Below, in pieces: positions 1-12,660 of a stretch of 64,000 bases of DNA. The stretch comes from Camelus dromedarius (taxonomy: Eukaryota), in contig NC_087437.1 in NCBI RefSeq assembly GCF_036321535.1, positions 75,642,001 to 75,706,000 of the forward strand, given 5' to 3'. Below the pieces are notes generated by a model. It did not search any database, was not told the DNA's origin, and saw only the letters and a list, made by a program, of their open reading frames with translations. Position 1 is the stretch's first letter, and every line of letters starts with the position of its first letter. A program made the translations under genes and the position numbers.

Positions 1-197
1 CTTTCCAAGCTCTCATATTCTGAGATACTTTCTGCTCATGAGACAGAAAAATACTTAAGGATAAAGGAATGTGCTGATTAATTCTCTGCTCCAGTACCTT
101 CACTGGTGTCAAGCAGCCGGCTCCTCCTTTTGTTAACTCTGAACTGCCAAAACATCCTGGGTGGGAATTAGTACATTTGGCTTCTGATCCCAGTGCA

Positions 198-288
198 CCT
201 ATCTGTGTGGCTTCGGGTGTCGCTGGGCCTCTGTTTGCCTATCTGTGTGCCCCCTTTCTGTCGCTGGGCCTCTGTTTGCCTATCTGTG
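198..288 (+). repeat. ~41-bp-period tandem duplication within a MIR-like core
   Basis: tgtcgctgggcctctgtttgcctatctgtg identical at 218-247 and 259-288; partial copy cctatctgtgtg at 198-209. Confidence 0.85.
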
Positions 289-1218
289 CAGTGATAAAGG
301 TCAGGCTAGGTGCTCTTTGGGGTTCTTTGCAGTTTTAATATAATTTTATAATTGGTATAAGTACCCAAGGATTTTTTTTACCCTATAATTACTAGCCCAT
401 GTGTCAAATTTAAGAAATCAGTAGAATGGGACTATTCACAAGAGTTTTTCCTTCACAAAATAGTGTAGTTAGCAAAGTGGAGCTTCAAGGTATGAAAACA
501 GGTATGTGTGACTGAAGGGTATCCTGGTTCCATCACTTACATCAGTTCACCTTAATATTTTTTATCTTCTGATGAGTATTTCTTAAGTCTTAAAATTGTT
601 ACCTTTAGTAATGTAAACCAAAAAATTTTGAAGATCTCTTGTAGGAAATTAAAATATTGGAGTAGATTTCAAATATGCACACAAATTCAGATCTGTCTAC
701 TACAATATATCTCAAATATATGAACTCTAATAATCATTGTAGACTTCCTTTCATGAAAAAGACACCAAAATTCTGAAGAAGAGGGCCCCATTTTAATTTT
801 CAAGGGACAAACTAATATTTGATACATGATACTTGATTCCAGACTTGCTTCTGGCAAACATAATTGTTACTGTTTAAACAAGTATTTCTTTTCCAGTAAT
901 TAGAATTTTTTTCATTTTGATGGGTAGTCATAAATATTAACCACCAGCAGTGCAGGGATAATTTATATTCAAATTGTCAGACATCACTCTGTGAACACAT
1001 AAAATAATTTACATTTATTTAGAACCTTTTATCCTAAAGTGCTCTACAAATATTTCTTTATAATCTGATTGCAGGCTATATATAGGACTCTCCCACCTGA
1101 AATGGGTAGCAACTAAAGTAATTAAGATAAAGGATACAACTTCAAAAAAGTAGAGGAAAGAAGGAAATGTAGTTTTTTTTTTTTAATATATGTTCCTATT
1201 ATGCTCTTATGCCTATAG

Positions 1219-1290
1219 GATTGGAGAATCCATGTTGACCAAATGCACCAACACAAAAATGGAATTGAATCTGCTCTAAAGGAGACCAAG
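1219..1290 (+). CDS. IFT57: IFT57 (intraflagellar transport 57/HIPPI) internal coding exon, DWRIHVDQMHQHKNGIESALKETK
   Basis: tatag|GAT acceptor, AAG|gtatgt donor, 72 nt, phase 0-0; peptide matches the recalled mammalian IFT57 C-terminal coiled coil. Confidence 0.96.
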
Positions 1291-2094
1291 GTATGTGAAT
1301 TACTTAAGATGAGTACATGGGTACATTTACTTATCTGTGAAATACCTGTTAAGAGAGAACATGAAAGAAAAAACACCTAATCCTTGCCCTTGAGGAAGTT
1401 ACTGATTGAATGTACCATATTACATTTCAACAGCCCTGACACTCAACCCACCTAAAGAAAGGTGACTATACAAAATATAATATATATCTAGTATATTACA
1501 TGTATTAGATATATATAGTATATTTATATATGTATGTATATTAGAATCATTTCATCATTCTTTCCTCTCTGACTCTCAGTAGGTTTAACAGAACATGAGG
1601 CCAGCAATCCCTAGAATCTGCAGCTTCCCAGGCTTGCTGCCCTGCCAAAAATAGGGACTTGGAGGATACCACAAAGAAGCAAAGCTGGAGTGAGAAGTTA
1701 CAGGTCCCAGGCTAGAGCTATAAGTTTAATGATCTACTTCCAACTAGAATATTCCCAGTCATCTTTGAATTTTGCCACAAGAAAATCATCTTATTCCCTT
1801 ATCTACTTTGATTGTGAACTTTATATAAAGCAGATTCCACTCACATACATTTTAGATTTGCATAAGGACAACTAAATTGACTAACACTACCAGGTGCTTT
1901 TTATTTTAACATTCTGCAAAGTGTGACGAAAATAATTCTCATTATAGCCTTGTCACTGAAAATTTCAAACTATCTTTTCATTTGTGGTTGAGAATTTGTG
2001 GGATGGATTGAGGTAGATTTAACCCATTTTAAACTACTTTTGAAAAATATATTTGTGACTTCTTTTGTCTACTAAAATTTCATGAAATTTTTAG

Positions 2095-2226
2095 GGATTT
2101 TTGGACAAACTTCATAATGAAATCAGTAGGACTCTGGAAAAGATTGGCAGCCGAGAAAAGTACATCAACAATCAGCTGGAGCACTTGGTTCAAGAATATC
2201 GTGCAGCACAAGCCCAGCTGAGTGAG
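2095..2226 (+). CDS. IFT57: IFT57 coding exon, GFLDKLHNEISRTLEKIGSREKYINNQLEHLVQEYRAAQAQLSE
   Basis: tttag|GGA acceptor, GAG|gtgagg donor, 132 nt, in frame with neighbouring exons. Confidence 0.97.
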
Positions 2227-3560
2227 GTGAGGGAAGAATGGTATTCAGGGATTCATTCCAATTAATGACCCTAAGCTTGACACACAGCACTTTTCATTTG
2301 AGAATCATGCAGTGCTTTTCACAAACAGCAACACATTGGTTCTCTGCCCACTTTAGGAAGCCAAGTGAGGCAATGGAATTTCTCGTCTCCATTTTACATG
2401 TAATAGAAATTACCTCCTAGAAGTCTTTAAATGCGTTCTTCACTTGATTTAAGTAAAGGAAGGCATATATGGTTGAGGAACATAGAACAGGAACAGTGTG
2501 TCAGGACACCTGGTTGTGTTTGCAAGCCTGCTGTTAATTTACTGCTGTGAGTAGGAGGAAGTAGAATAGTATGCATTTACATGTGTCAGGGAGAAAAGAC
2601 ATCCTTGCCACAGAGGCTCACAACCACATAGTAAGGAATATGAAAGCAAGACACATTCAAAGACAAGTAGTTTAATTAATTAAATGAGCAAATTTTTTAA
2701 TCCTTTCAAAGTTTTAGAATTTCAACCAAAAATAAAATAAAACCTTCAGCTTTTGAAAGTAGCAGTGCTTTGTTCCTGCAGTAGCGAGCTAAAGCTTTCC
2801 TTTGGGGTTTATGCCCCCTCTTTCCTGATGTGGAGGAAGACTAGTAAGAATACTTGCAAATGTCAGTTGAAAGCATATTTTTTCTTTCAGCAGACAAGGT
2901 TAGAAAGAGAAAAAAATTGAAATAAACTTGAGATACTTCCGTACTTTCAGAAGCTCTCAAAGACCAAGCAGAAAGTAACCTTCACTGTTTTATTGTGATT
3001 TGTTTAATTATACATATACACATCTATTCATGAATACTTTTTAAATACTGTAAGAATTCTCTGATTAAAGCCACCCTGTATCTCTCAAGCATTGATATTA
3101 AATAATTGATTGTTAAATTAGTTCCCAAGAACATATTGCAGACTGTCATACTGTTTGTAATCCTTATTAATTACTGATTCTGCTGCTCTATTATGATTGA
3201 TTTTTTAGAACTGCTTTTGTCTGCATAGCACGCAGATTAGATCGACCAAGAGCCACTGTCTAAACTGTTTAGGAATGGCTGAGGACAGTTTTTATTGTGA
3301 ACCACGCCCATGTGAGTCACACAGTCATTATATGAAGGTTAAGGCAGTTCATCATTGTATAGTGCTTTGGTTAAATCCATAGTGCCTATTAGGGACATAA
3401 AATAGCTACCGTTAAATGTCACTTTTCACAAATGTACTCACAGACGAGGAGGGGGGTTGTCATAAAATGATATGTAGAAATTGCAAACACAAGGAGGTCA
3501 TATTTAAGTAATCTGCTTCTGTTTTGAACTTGCCATTAAACAAAATGTTTTCTCCCTCAG

Positions 3561-3623
3561 GCAAGGGAGCGTTACCAGCAGGGAAACGGCGGAGTGACTG
3601 AAAGGACCAGACTCCTGTCTGAG
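3561..3623 (+). CDS. IFT57: IFT57 coding exon, ARERYQQGNGGVTERTRLLSE
   Basis: ttttctccctcag|GCA acceptor, GAG|gtacac donor, 63 nt. Confidence 0.96.
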
Positions 3624-5455
3624 GTACACACTGTGTGCTCTCCCGAATTCTCACCTGACAGCTGGGCCCTGCTATTCAAGCCATGGATGGTTTAATGCTG
3701 CTTCAGCCGGGGGTGGTTTATTTTAGTAATTGCTTCCATTTCTCTAAATCCTTTTCTTTAGAAGAAAATCCCTAAATTTTCTTATCAATACATCAATTAT
3801 GTATTTATATACTGCTTGCTTCCACAAAATGCCTGAAGTTGTTTTACTAAGTGTTACATAAAACATGCTGATAATATTAGCACATTTCTAACCTTTAATC
3901 TTTTAAAAAATGTAATAATTATAATTAATACATAGAAGAGTAGGTAAAGCACTGACTTAAATCTTTATAATAAATTTTTATGTTAGTCTGTGAGATATAA
4001 GATTTGTTTTTAGTGGTTGTTGTTAATAACTTGTGTGTGATCCTGAATAGTTCTCTGTCCACAAATTGGGAGTGGCTTGTAACCCTTTCCCTTCTAAATA
4101 CTTACGGCATATTCACCTATATTGTCATATTTAGTTTCATCACCTTGTATGAGATGTAAGACTTAATATATGACCTATTATATTAACAGTATATATTATA
4201 TATTAGGTCTTACCTATGTATATGTATATATGTGTATATATACATATATATAAAAAACTAATATATATTCCCATTTTTCATTTAAGAGCTAAGAGGTTAA
4301 AAAAAAAAAACCTAACAACAAGGTCACTAACAAATGTGGGACTAAAATCCAAGATTATCTTTGGTTACAATCAAGTATAATTGTCACAAACTATTCTATA
4401 TAACAGAATTAAGCTTCTTTTATGGAGATTATTTGAGGAATAGTTACTTTAAAATACTAAAAATATAACTTTAGAAATATTTAGACTCTAATCCTGTGGT
4501 GCCTCTAGCTAGATAAAACATTATACAGAAGTAAAGAGCGCACTTACGTTAGGTAAATTAACACTTGAAGGGAGTCCAGGGAACCATTTAGTTCTTTCGG
4601 AGTACGTAGTTATCCCCGGTTGTAACATTTCAGGTGCCGGAAAAAAATTAATTTGCTTTACTTGGATGAGCACTTTATTCCCAAGGAAGTTTTTACTCAC
4701 CAGGATGATAAAAATAAAGCTGACTAAGTTAAAATAATTATGGCTTAGTTCTAGATCATATGAAAATTTTTCATTTTTTTAAAGATGTTATTTTCTACCT
4801 GTATTAATGCTAGTTTGGAATTTTGCTAATATTGGAGGCTCTAGTAGTTTAATTTTGACTATGACGTGGAGTACAGATAAGAGCCAATGTAAAGGCATAG
4901 TACGCCTCTTAGAGCTCATGGTTTTTTAGATAAAGCAGTTAGAATATTTTTATATATAGCCATATGGCATAAATGCTATTTTTAGTGTCTTATAGAGGAA
5001 AAGGTATATTCTCTTATAAAACTGCAATATTAAGAAAGATGCCTAGTAAAAACCTTTAGAAATCAAAAATCTTTTTAGGATGTTTATGCTATTTTAATCA
5101 ATAGCTGATCATTAGAGACTGGCATGGCAGCTGCCGTGAGATAACTGCAGGGCTTCAGTGCCTGGTGCCTAAAAAAACTTAGATCGTTTTTATTCTACAA
5201 TGTTACAACCTGAGAAGGTTAATGTGAAAGTGATTTGGTGAAGTTTAACAACAGGCGCACTCTCGGAAGGTAAAAAGCTCTGTGTCCCTGCATGCACATC
5301 CTGTTAATTCAAATTATGTCCAGGATACTGCTAACGTCTCTCTATCCCTTTATGTATGTGTTATATCTGAATTAATTTTCTTAATACATCATTCAAGAAT
5401 TTTGAAAGTTTATTAAAATCCAGGGCGGATGAAAACTTTTTTTTTCCAATAAAAG

Positions 5456-5522
5456 GTTACAGAAGAGCTAGAAAAGGTAAAACAAGAAATGGAAGAAAAA
5501 GGCAGCAGTATGACTGATGGTG
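5456..5522 (+). CDS. IFT57: IFT57 penultimate coding exon, VTEELEKVKQEMEEKGSSMTDG(+1 nt)
   Basis: T-tract then aataaaag|GTT acceptor, GTG|gtaagt donor, 67 nt, ends in phase 1. Confidence 0.96.
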
Positions 5523-6515
5523 GTAAGTAGACACTCATTGTAAGGAGAAAATGAGCAAAAGAAGAATATCTCTTTTAAGAAATACATTATTTAACTTAAT
5601 AAATAGGAAGTCTACTTTTTAAAATGAGTATGTTTGAGGGAAAGGTACGTGGTACAAAAATGATGTCTGAAAACCAGTAAACTGCTCTTCTTATAAATGA
5701 GCTGAGAAGAGTCATAATGTTTTTACTATCATTTTGGATTTTTTAAAATTCAAACTGTATTAATCCAGAAAGAGTGGGAAACATTTAAATATGTACTTCG
5801 TTATGCCAATTTAAAAGTAATATTTTGTTCTGTTTCCATCAAGTGAGCATTATTATTCCATTTTATGTACAGAAAGAACTCTAAGTATATGCCCAAATGG
5901 CACAAAGGCAGTGATGTGACAACCTTTTTTTTTCCCCTTCCCCTGTAGACCTGACTGTGCAAGGGTCAAATAGGGAAGAATTAGTAATTGTGTAGTAAAC
6001 ATCTCCATCGTGAGCTACTTACCTTGGCATGGCCCAGTGGTGACTGCCTAAGGCCATTCTATGCTCTGGAAAGTGTTTCTAGAGCTCTAATGGTGTATAC
6101 TGAGGGATCTTTCAAAAGGCGATGTATAGGAGGTTTGCGGTATGTTTGAATGAGCCCATTAGCTATGTCTCAAAGGTATTTCTTCCTTCCCTTTCTCTCC
6201 GCTGTATCCCCTTTTCCTTCAAACAAATATACTAGCCTGTAAAAAAATATTGAAGACATCCTTAAACACTCCTTTAGCTAATCTCCTGGAAAAGAAAGGA
6301 AGTTCAGCCTTGGTACATCAAATGCTACATCATTTCCCAGCTTAAAAATCTCAGGTGTTTAAAATGCCACAGCAAAACTGAATGTCACTAAATTGTTGGC
6401 TGTGTTTTTAACCCTATTTTTGGCTTAAGACAAAGTGAGGAAAATGTCATACAGTTCTATAATATGCTGATACTCCAAATAAGCATTTTTATTCCACGTT
6501 ATTTTCATTCTGCAG

Positions 6516-6694
6516 CTCCTTTGGTGAAGATTAAACAGAGCTTAACGAAGCTGAAGCAAGAAACCATTCAGATGGACATTAGAATCGGTGTTGTGGAACA
6601 CACATTACTCCAGTCAAAACTGAAGGAGAAGTCCAACATGACTAGGGACATGCATGCAACAGTCATTCCAGAATCTGCAATAGGCTCTTATTAA
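6516..6694 (+). CDS. IFT57: IFT57 last coding exon, (A)PLVKIKQSLTKLKQETIQMDIRIGVVEHTLLQSKLKEKSNMTRDMHATVIPESAIGSY*
   Basis: ttttcattctgcag|CT acceptor completes the GCT codon; TAA at 6692-6694; lies within ORF 6464..6694. Confidence 0.97.
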
Positions 6695-6875
6695 AGCATC
6701 TTTCTTCTTCTAATTAGTTGGTTTTTTATATCAAATTACATTTCTTATTGCATAGATTTCAAAACACAGTTATCGCTCTTCAAGCATGTTGAATGAGTAT
6801 TTTTTACATATGTATACACATGTTGTATCATAGTGATTATGGATGGTCAAACCCTTTAAAGTGAATATAATATTT

Positions 6876-6890
6876 AATAAAGTAATTAAA
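6876..6890 (+). terminator. Candidate proximal IFT57 polyadenylation signals (AATAAA 6876-6881, ATTAAA 6885-6890)
   Basis: First canonical hexamers ~180 nt after the stop; further AATAAA at 7132, 7149 and 7366. Confidence 0.55.
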
Positions 6891-7030
6891 AATTCTCACT
6901 TTCAAAGGAGCTTTCACTAATCACTACCTATATTGAAGCCCCCACCTGGTGGCTCACTGTTCTTACTGTTCCATGCGTTTGAGGGGGAGGTACATGATGC
7001 AAAGTGTATCTGACCCGTGCTTCCCGCAGG

Positions 7031-7421
7031 TGCTGCTGCTGTCAGCACATGGAAATGTTTATTTTTTATTAAGTGGCCTCAGATCATAGAAGATATAAAG
7101 TCAGTTTTATCAAGAAAGACTCATAATAAGTAATAAACTTCAGGTATTAATAAAGATACTGAAGTTTTTTCTTCTGCTCTTTTGAAAAAGTATAATTTTA
7201 GGTAACCATAAAGCTGAGGTGAGGGTAGTTTGGCTTCTTGGAAAGGATCCCCAGCCGTCACTGGCCGTCTCTGGGCGCAGAGGCACTTGTCATCAGAAGG
7301 AAGGGGCCAGGCTTGTGTCAAAGGTCTGTGTGCTTTGACACAACGTTGTAAAATGACTGTAACTCAATAAAAAAATGTTTAGAAAAAAAGAAAAAAGATC
7401 CATGTGCTGACAGCAGCAGCA
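7031..7421. repeat. Perfect 23-bp inverted repeat (arms 7031-7053 and 7399-7421)
   Basis: tgctgctgctgtcagcacatgga is the exact reverse complement of tccatgtgctgacagcagcagca. Confidence 0.95.
7335..7394 (+). mobile_element. Extremely 5'-truncated L1 3' tail
   Basis: ttgacacaacgttgtaaaatgactgtaactcaataaaaaa matches the L1 tails at ~36820 and ~43543; degenerate TSD aaggtctgtgtgct (7321-7334) / aagatccatgtgct (7395-7408). Confidence 0.85.
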
Positions 7422-8469
7422 ACTTTCTAGTCTTTGATTCCTAAGTTGGTCAAATAAGCATTATTAGAGTGACCAGACGTGGAACTGGAGGAAACTGGTG
7501 AGAGGAGCTCAAACCAGAAGATAGCCCACATTTATTTTTTGAAAAGGTGGGGGGAGTCCTAATGGTAAATTTTGATAAGAATACTATATATATACATCTG
7601 ACAACAAAAGTAACAAAATCCCTTTCTCTTTTTTATCCTAATATTTTACTCCCCTCCAATTTCTTTTTTTAAGCCCTTACTTTCTAGACATGTACCCTAA
7701 ACTATCTTTTTCTTTCCTTCATACTCTTTCTGGTTTAAGATTGAGTTTAGAAAAAAGAATATCAGTATGTGTAAACTACTCTATTGCTCAAGAGGGTGGC
7801 AATCAGTAAAATGGTGAATAAGTCGATTTATTTAATTTGTGTTAATAGGTGGTTTGAAAAAGTTCAAAACTTTTCCCTTCTTTTATGGTCATTCGGAGGG
7901 GGCAGAGTAGAAAGAATAAAATCTACCTTTGGTCCCACAAGCTAACATTGATTCCCCTGGAACTCATTTGCATAGGTATTGTCATGGCTGAGCAGTTTTT
8001 TGATGAAGTCAATCAATGCAGAGAACCCTCCTAGGTAAATCAGGGCTCTCCATAAGATGTACTTTTGCTCAGAAGCGAAGTGCACTCTTCATTTCATGCA
8101 AACACAGATAATCTAAGAACTCTTCCAATAAGTGGTGTAAACAACCTATTTTTATTTCCTAAAATAATCCAGTTTTCTCAGGTCGGGTTGGGGGGCCCTC
8201 CTCTCTTCCCATAGACCACTGTGAATAACTCTAATACAGAACGTAATATTGAAATTATATTTTCTTCAGTCATCTCTAACAGATTGAGCTGCTTGAGGAT
8301 AAGGAGAAAGCCTTTTTCATTTCCATATTCCTAGCCAAAGACCTAGCAAACAGGATATGAGTTAGTAAGTGAATGGGGAGTGACTGGTACTATGCAGTTC
8401 CAGAATATCTTGTAGCTCCTCTTCTACAGCTGGTGAATTTAGTGACTTCAAGTCTGTGAGTTTTGACAC

Positions 8470-10265
8470 AATTTCAAGACAGTGTTTATAAATGATGGGT
8501 ACAAGATTGGAATTGGCAGCATCAGTATGAATGTGTGGGTTTTTCATACATATAGATTAATAGGAATATATAAATATAGATACAGAAATACATATACATA
8601 TATACATGTATTAACTAGTTCTGTCCTCTGAGAGGCTCTAGAAGCAGTGACAGCCCAGTAACAATGAGAAAACCTAGCACTCAGATCTTGGTTTCTAAAT
8701 TTTCTACTTAAAGGAAAAAAAAAAAAGAAACAGGCTTTTGATTCCTGGACTGGGGCAGGGGAAGCACAAGATGAGCCTGGACAGTCTTACTCTGCCAGAA
8801 AGTAAGGAAATGCTCAAAGAATGATAGGGTTATGGCTAAAGTCAGATTGAAGGATATCCTACTAGCCAATCTGGGACAATTTAGCATCAAAATAAATAAT
8901 TATAGTAATAAATTATAACCCACAGGATAAAACAAGAAACCATGAATCCATACAGATAGAGATCAATGAATCAGTGGCAGAAGAGAAAGGTCTTCCTTAC
9001 AATAGAATGGCAGCTGAAGTAAAAGGAATACTGTGTTCAGAAATCACCATCTGGCAACTACCATCCAGGCACACCTCACGTGTTGCAGGTTCAGTTTCAG
9101 ACCGCGGCAATACAGGGAAGGTGACAATAAAGCAAGTCACACAATTCTTGTGGTTTCCAAGTGCATATAAAAGTTATGTTTACAATATTCTGGAGTCTTA
9201 TGTGTTCAGTAGCATTATGTATTTAAAAACATCATACACGTTTTAATCAAAAACAACTTACTGCTAAAAAATGCTAATGATCATCTGAGGTTTAGTGACT
9301 CAGAAGCAACATCAAGATCACTGATCACAGGGCACCATAACAAATATAGTAATAATAATTAAAAGTTTGAAATATTGCAGGAATTACCAGTGTGACACAG
9401 AGAACGAAATGAGCAAATGCTGTCAGGAAAGTGGCACCGATATTTCTGGTAATTTGAGCTTGCCTCAGTTTACCCCTTTATTTAGGTTGACAGATGCTAA
9501 AACTAGTAAGGTTTAATGAAAACAATATTTACATAATCTCAAAGTAGGTAAGATATTCTATAAAGAGAAAAATTCTATCTTTACAGTAGAGAAACCTGGC
9601 AGTGATCAAAAGTTAACATTGCTAGTTGTGCAACTAATAGACATCATGTTTCTCCTGCAAAGAGCACACACTCCTGAAAATGTATGACTTGAATCTAGTC
9701 ATGAGGAAAGATCAGACAGATCCAGTGGAGGGACATTGTACAATATGACCTGCAATCTTTCAAAAATGTTACAATGGCATGAAAAACAAGACTGAGGAAC
9801 TGCTCCAAATTAAAGGAGATGAAAGAGACATAATTAAATGCAACAAGTGATTCCAGATGGCTCCTGGGCCCAGTAAAAAACATTTTTATTTGTTAGAAAA
9901 GGATATTATTGGGACAGGTAAAATTAGAATAAGATCTATAGACTGGATAATAGTACTAAATCAATGCTAAACTTTCATATTTGTACTGTGGTTGTGTAAA
10001 AGAATATCCTTGCTTTTAGCAACACACAAGTATTTGGAGGGAAAGGTCCATCATGTCGGCAGTCTGCTTTCAAATGGTGCAGAGAAAAAGATGTAAATAT
10101 GCATGTGTGTGTTGGTATATTCATGCACATAGAAAAGGAGAGTGATAAAAAAAATGGTGAATTGTTAACATTTTGGGAATTTGAGAGAAGAATATATAGA
10201 AATCCATTGTACATTTTTTACAACTTTTCTATAAATCAAATTATTTCAAAATATAAAGCTAAAAA
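8470..10265 (+). mobile_element. Old L1 3' end (L1MC4-like), interrupted by a Tigger1 fragment
   Basis: Recalled L1MC-type motifs cccagtaacaatgag..cctagc..cagatcttggtttctaaat; ends ttgtacatttttacaacttttctataaat..aaaatataaag. Confidence 0.7.
9066..9445 (-). mobile_element. Tigger1-derived non-autonomous DNA transposon fragment
   Basis: Begins caggcacacctc (TIR-like) and aligns by eye with 14463-14680. Confidence 0.8.
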
Positions 10266-12447
10266 ATGATGGTTCTTGGAAATCATATGCTTTATATAGT
10301 AGAAGTTATCCTCACTGAATCAAATGGACAACCAACTTGTTGTAATCATATGACCTGTCCAATAAAACTATATGGCCGGTTGAACATGCCTTAAAACTTA
10401 TATAATCATTTATTCATTGACCAAGTAGGAACAACTTTTTGATACTTCTAAGGAAGTTTTTTTCTACTGCTGTCTTAATTTATCTAGGTCAGTATTTCCC
10501 ATGAGATTAAACAAAGTTTCTGTAATGAGTAAATTTGAGAAATGTTAAGTAAGTTTCCTTTTCTTCAGGACTAATTTTCTCCATTGTGACTGTGTGGACA
10601 GCAAATGTAGTTCCATTATTTTTTTTCAAATCTAATCACAGACCCTTTTCACCCAGGAACACACTTTAAGAATGCAGATTTAGGTAAATGGGTGTTTAAA
10701 AATCAGTAAACAAATTTGAGATTATTTTTCAACCTTTTATTAGAACTGGTAGACCTGTGTAGGAAGTTAAGAAAACATAGCGTCACTCTCTGATTCATAA
10801 CTCGGCTGTGTGGATGGTAAACAAGCATGGATGGATGCTCTCTGAATGTCAGTAGACTCTGAAGATTTGGGAAACTTCATAGAGAACCTAGGATTAAATG
10901 GCCAGATGCCTTTCTTCTTAAAACTCTTTTATGCCAGCCCAAAAGGCTTTTTGTTTTTTCTTTAAAGTAGTTTTCATTATAGCAATCCAATTATAGTAGT
11001 TAGCAAGGCCTCCCCTATTTTGTGGTCAAATAGTAACCATTGCTATGACTTTACCTTTTTTAAAACTGAATGTGCCCAACAACCAAATAATAAATCCTAA
11101 AATTTTATTTTTGAAAGGATAGAATGACATTTTAAAAGCTAAAAACAATTTTGGATTCACTAGTTTGTTGTTTGGCAAGTTAGAAAAAAAAAAAAATACA
11201 GAAGAGAGAGATCAAGAACCATGGTCATCTTACTGTGTTCTAAATAACACATCTCCAGCATCAGATTTCCAGAATTGTGTGCTATTGATACAGATATGCA
11301 AAGTTCAAACCTGTGATTTGCTGATTCACCATCCGTGTTTTACTTCAGGCTCGCCTTGGCCTCCTCCAGGTGAGTGTCCTTGCACTCACTGCTCAGTACC
11401 AGCAGGACACTTCCCAGGTGGCCCTCAGAGCCCATCCCCTGCTTCTTCCCATCCCTTACTTGAGAAAGCTGTTGGATAGACTTAGTCTTTGGATATAGTC
11501 CCTACTCTATGGGTTAGTAGTTAACAACTACTTATCACTTTCTTACCCTGCAAAACATTTTCTAGGCTAGGAAGCTCTGACATTCCTAACTAGTTGGAAA
11601 TCAAAATCAAAAAGGCAACTTCAAAAAAAAAAAAGAAAGAAAGAAAGAAAGAAACAATTTCCTAGCCCTCTTCTCCCTCAGTTCTCATTTCATTGGTCTT
11701 GGGTGTGACCTTGGGTGGTCAGAAATTTTAAAAAGCTCCTCAGGTGACTTTGAGGCAGCTCACCTAAGAACTGCTTTAAGAAACTACCACTTTAGAAATG
11801 TTTCCTGGCTACAAGTAAACTGATAAACTATCTTAGATCTGAAAGCATCTTTAAAGAGGATCTCAATTAGTATTTCTTTAAGTGTGGCCTATGAACTCTT
11901 AATATTAGCTCCACCTGGATTGATCATTTTACTACATACTCTAGATTATTTAACAAACACTAGCAATTAAGACATACTAATATTAAAAACTGTCACTTAA
12001 AAAAATCATAAAACCAAAGCCCAAAAAAGTAAAATGGTCTGCCCACTTAACAAACCAAGATTACAATCTGCACAATTTCCTAAATTATTCTCAACACAGC
12101 TTGGAGCAGCTCTGGAGAAACTTCATGTTCACAGCCCCTGCCACCTATCCTGTCCCATCCACATCCCAAAGCAAGATTATACAGTCATGTTTCTATTCAT
12201 GTCCAATGACTGCTTTTTTCTCTATTCCCTGTATAAAGACTTCTGCATAGAATACTGCATGGTGAGGTCAGACACCTTGATTCCAATCCTAAATCTGCTA
12301 GTAATTTTCTGCATGACTTTCAGGATATCACTTATCCTCAGGGTCAATTTTTTTTCTTCTGAAAAGTTAGCACTAGAATATGCTGGATGCTTCTAGTCCT
12401 AAGACTGCATGATTTAAAGTTTTAAAAACTTTAACAGGCTCTCCTCC

Positions 12448-12660
12448 GCTGTTCGTAGTAACTTGCAATGATGTACTAGCTTCTAAGAGCTGATTGTCAG
12501 AGATTCAGAAACTTTAAAAGCAATCGTTAAACTGTTGGTAGCTTAAAACCAGCCCATAATGGGAGTATTTACACCACAGAAATAGGAAAACACTAAAAAT
12601 CATGGCTTTAAAAAGCAAAAAGAAAACAGGACAGAGAGCTGGTTTACCAGCACACCGCTG
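12448..12660. mobile_element. MER63-like hAT-Blackjack MITE
   Basis: gttggtagctt..atgggagtatttacaccacagaaat..gagagctggtttaccagcacaccgctg. Confidence 0.7.

Noticed and set aside
6464..6515. N-terminal part of ORF 6464..6694
   Set aside because: Intronic; the coding exon begins at the acceptor at 6516
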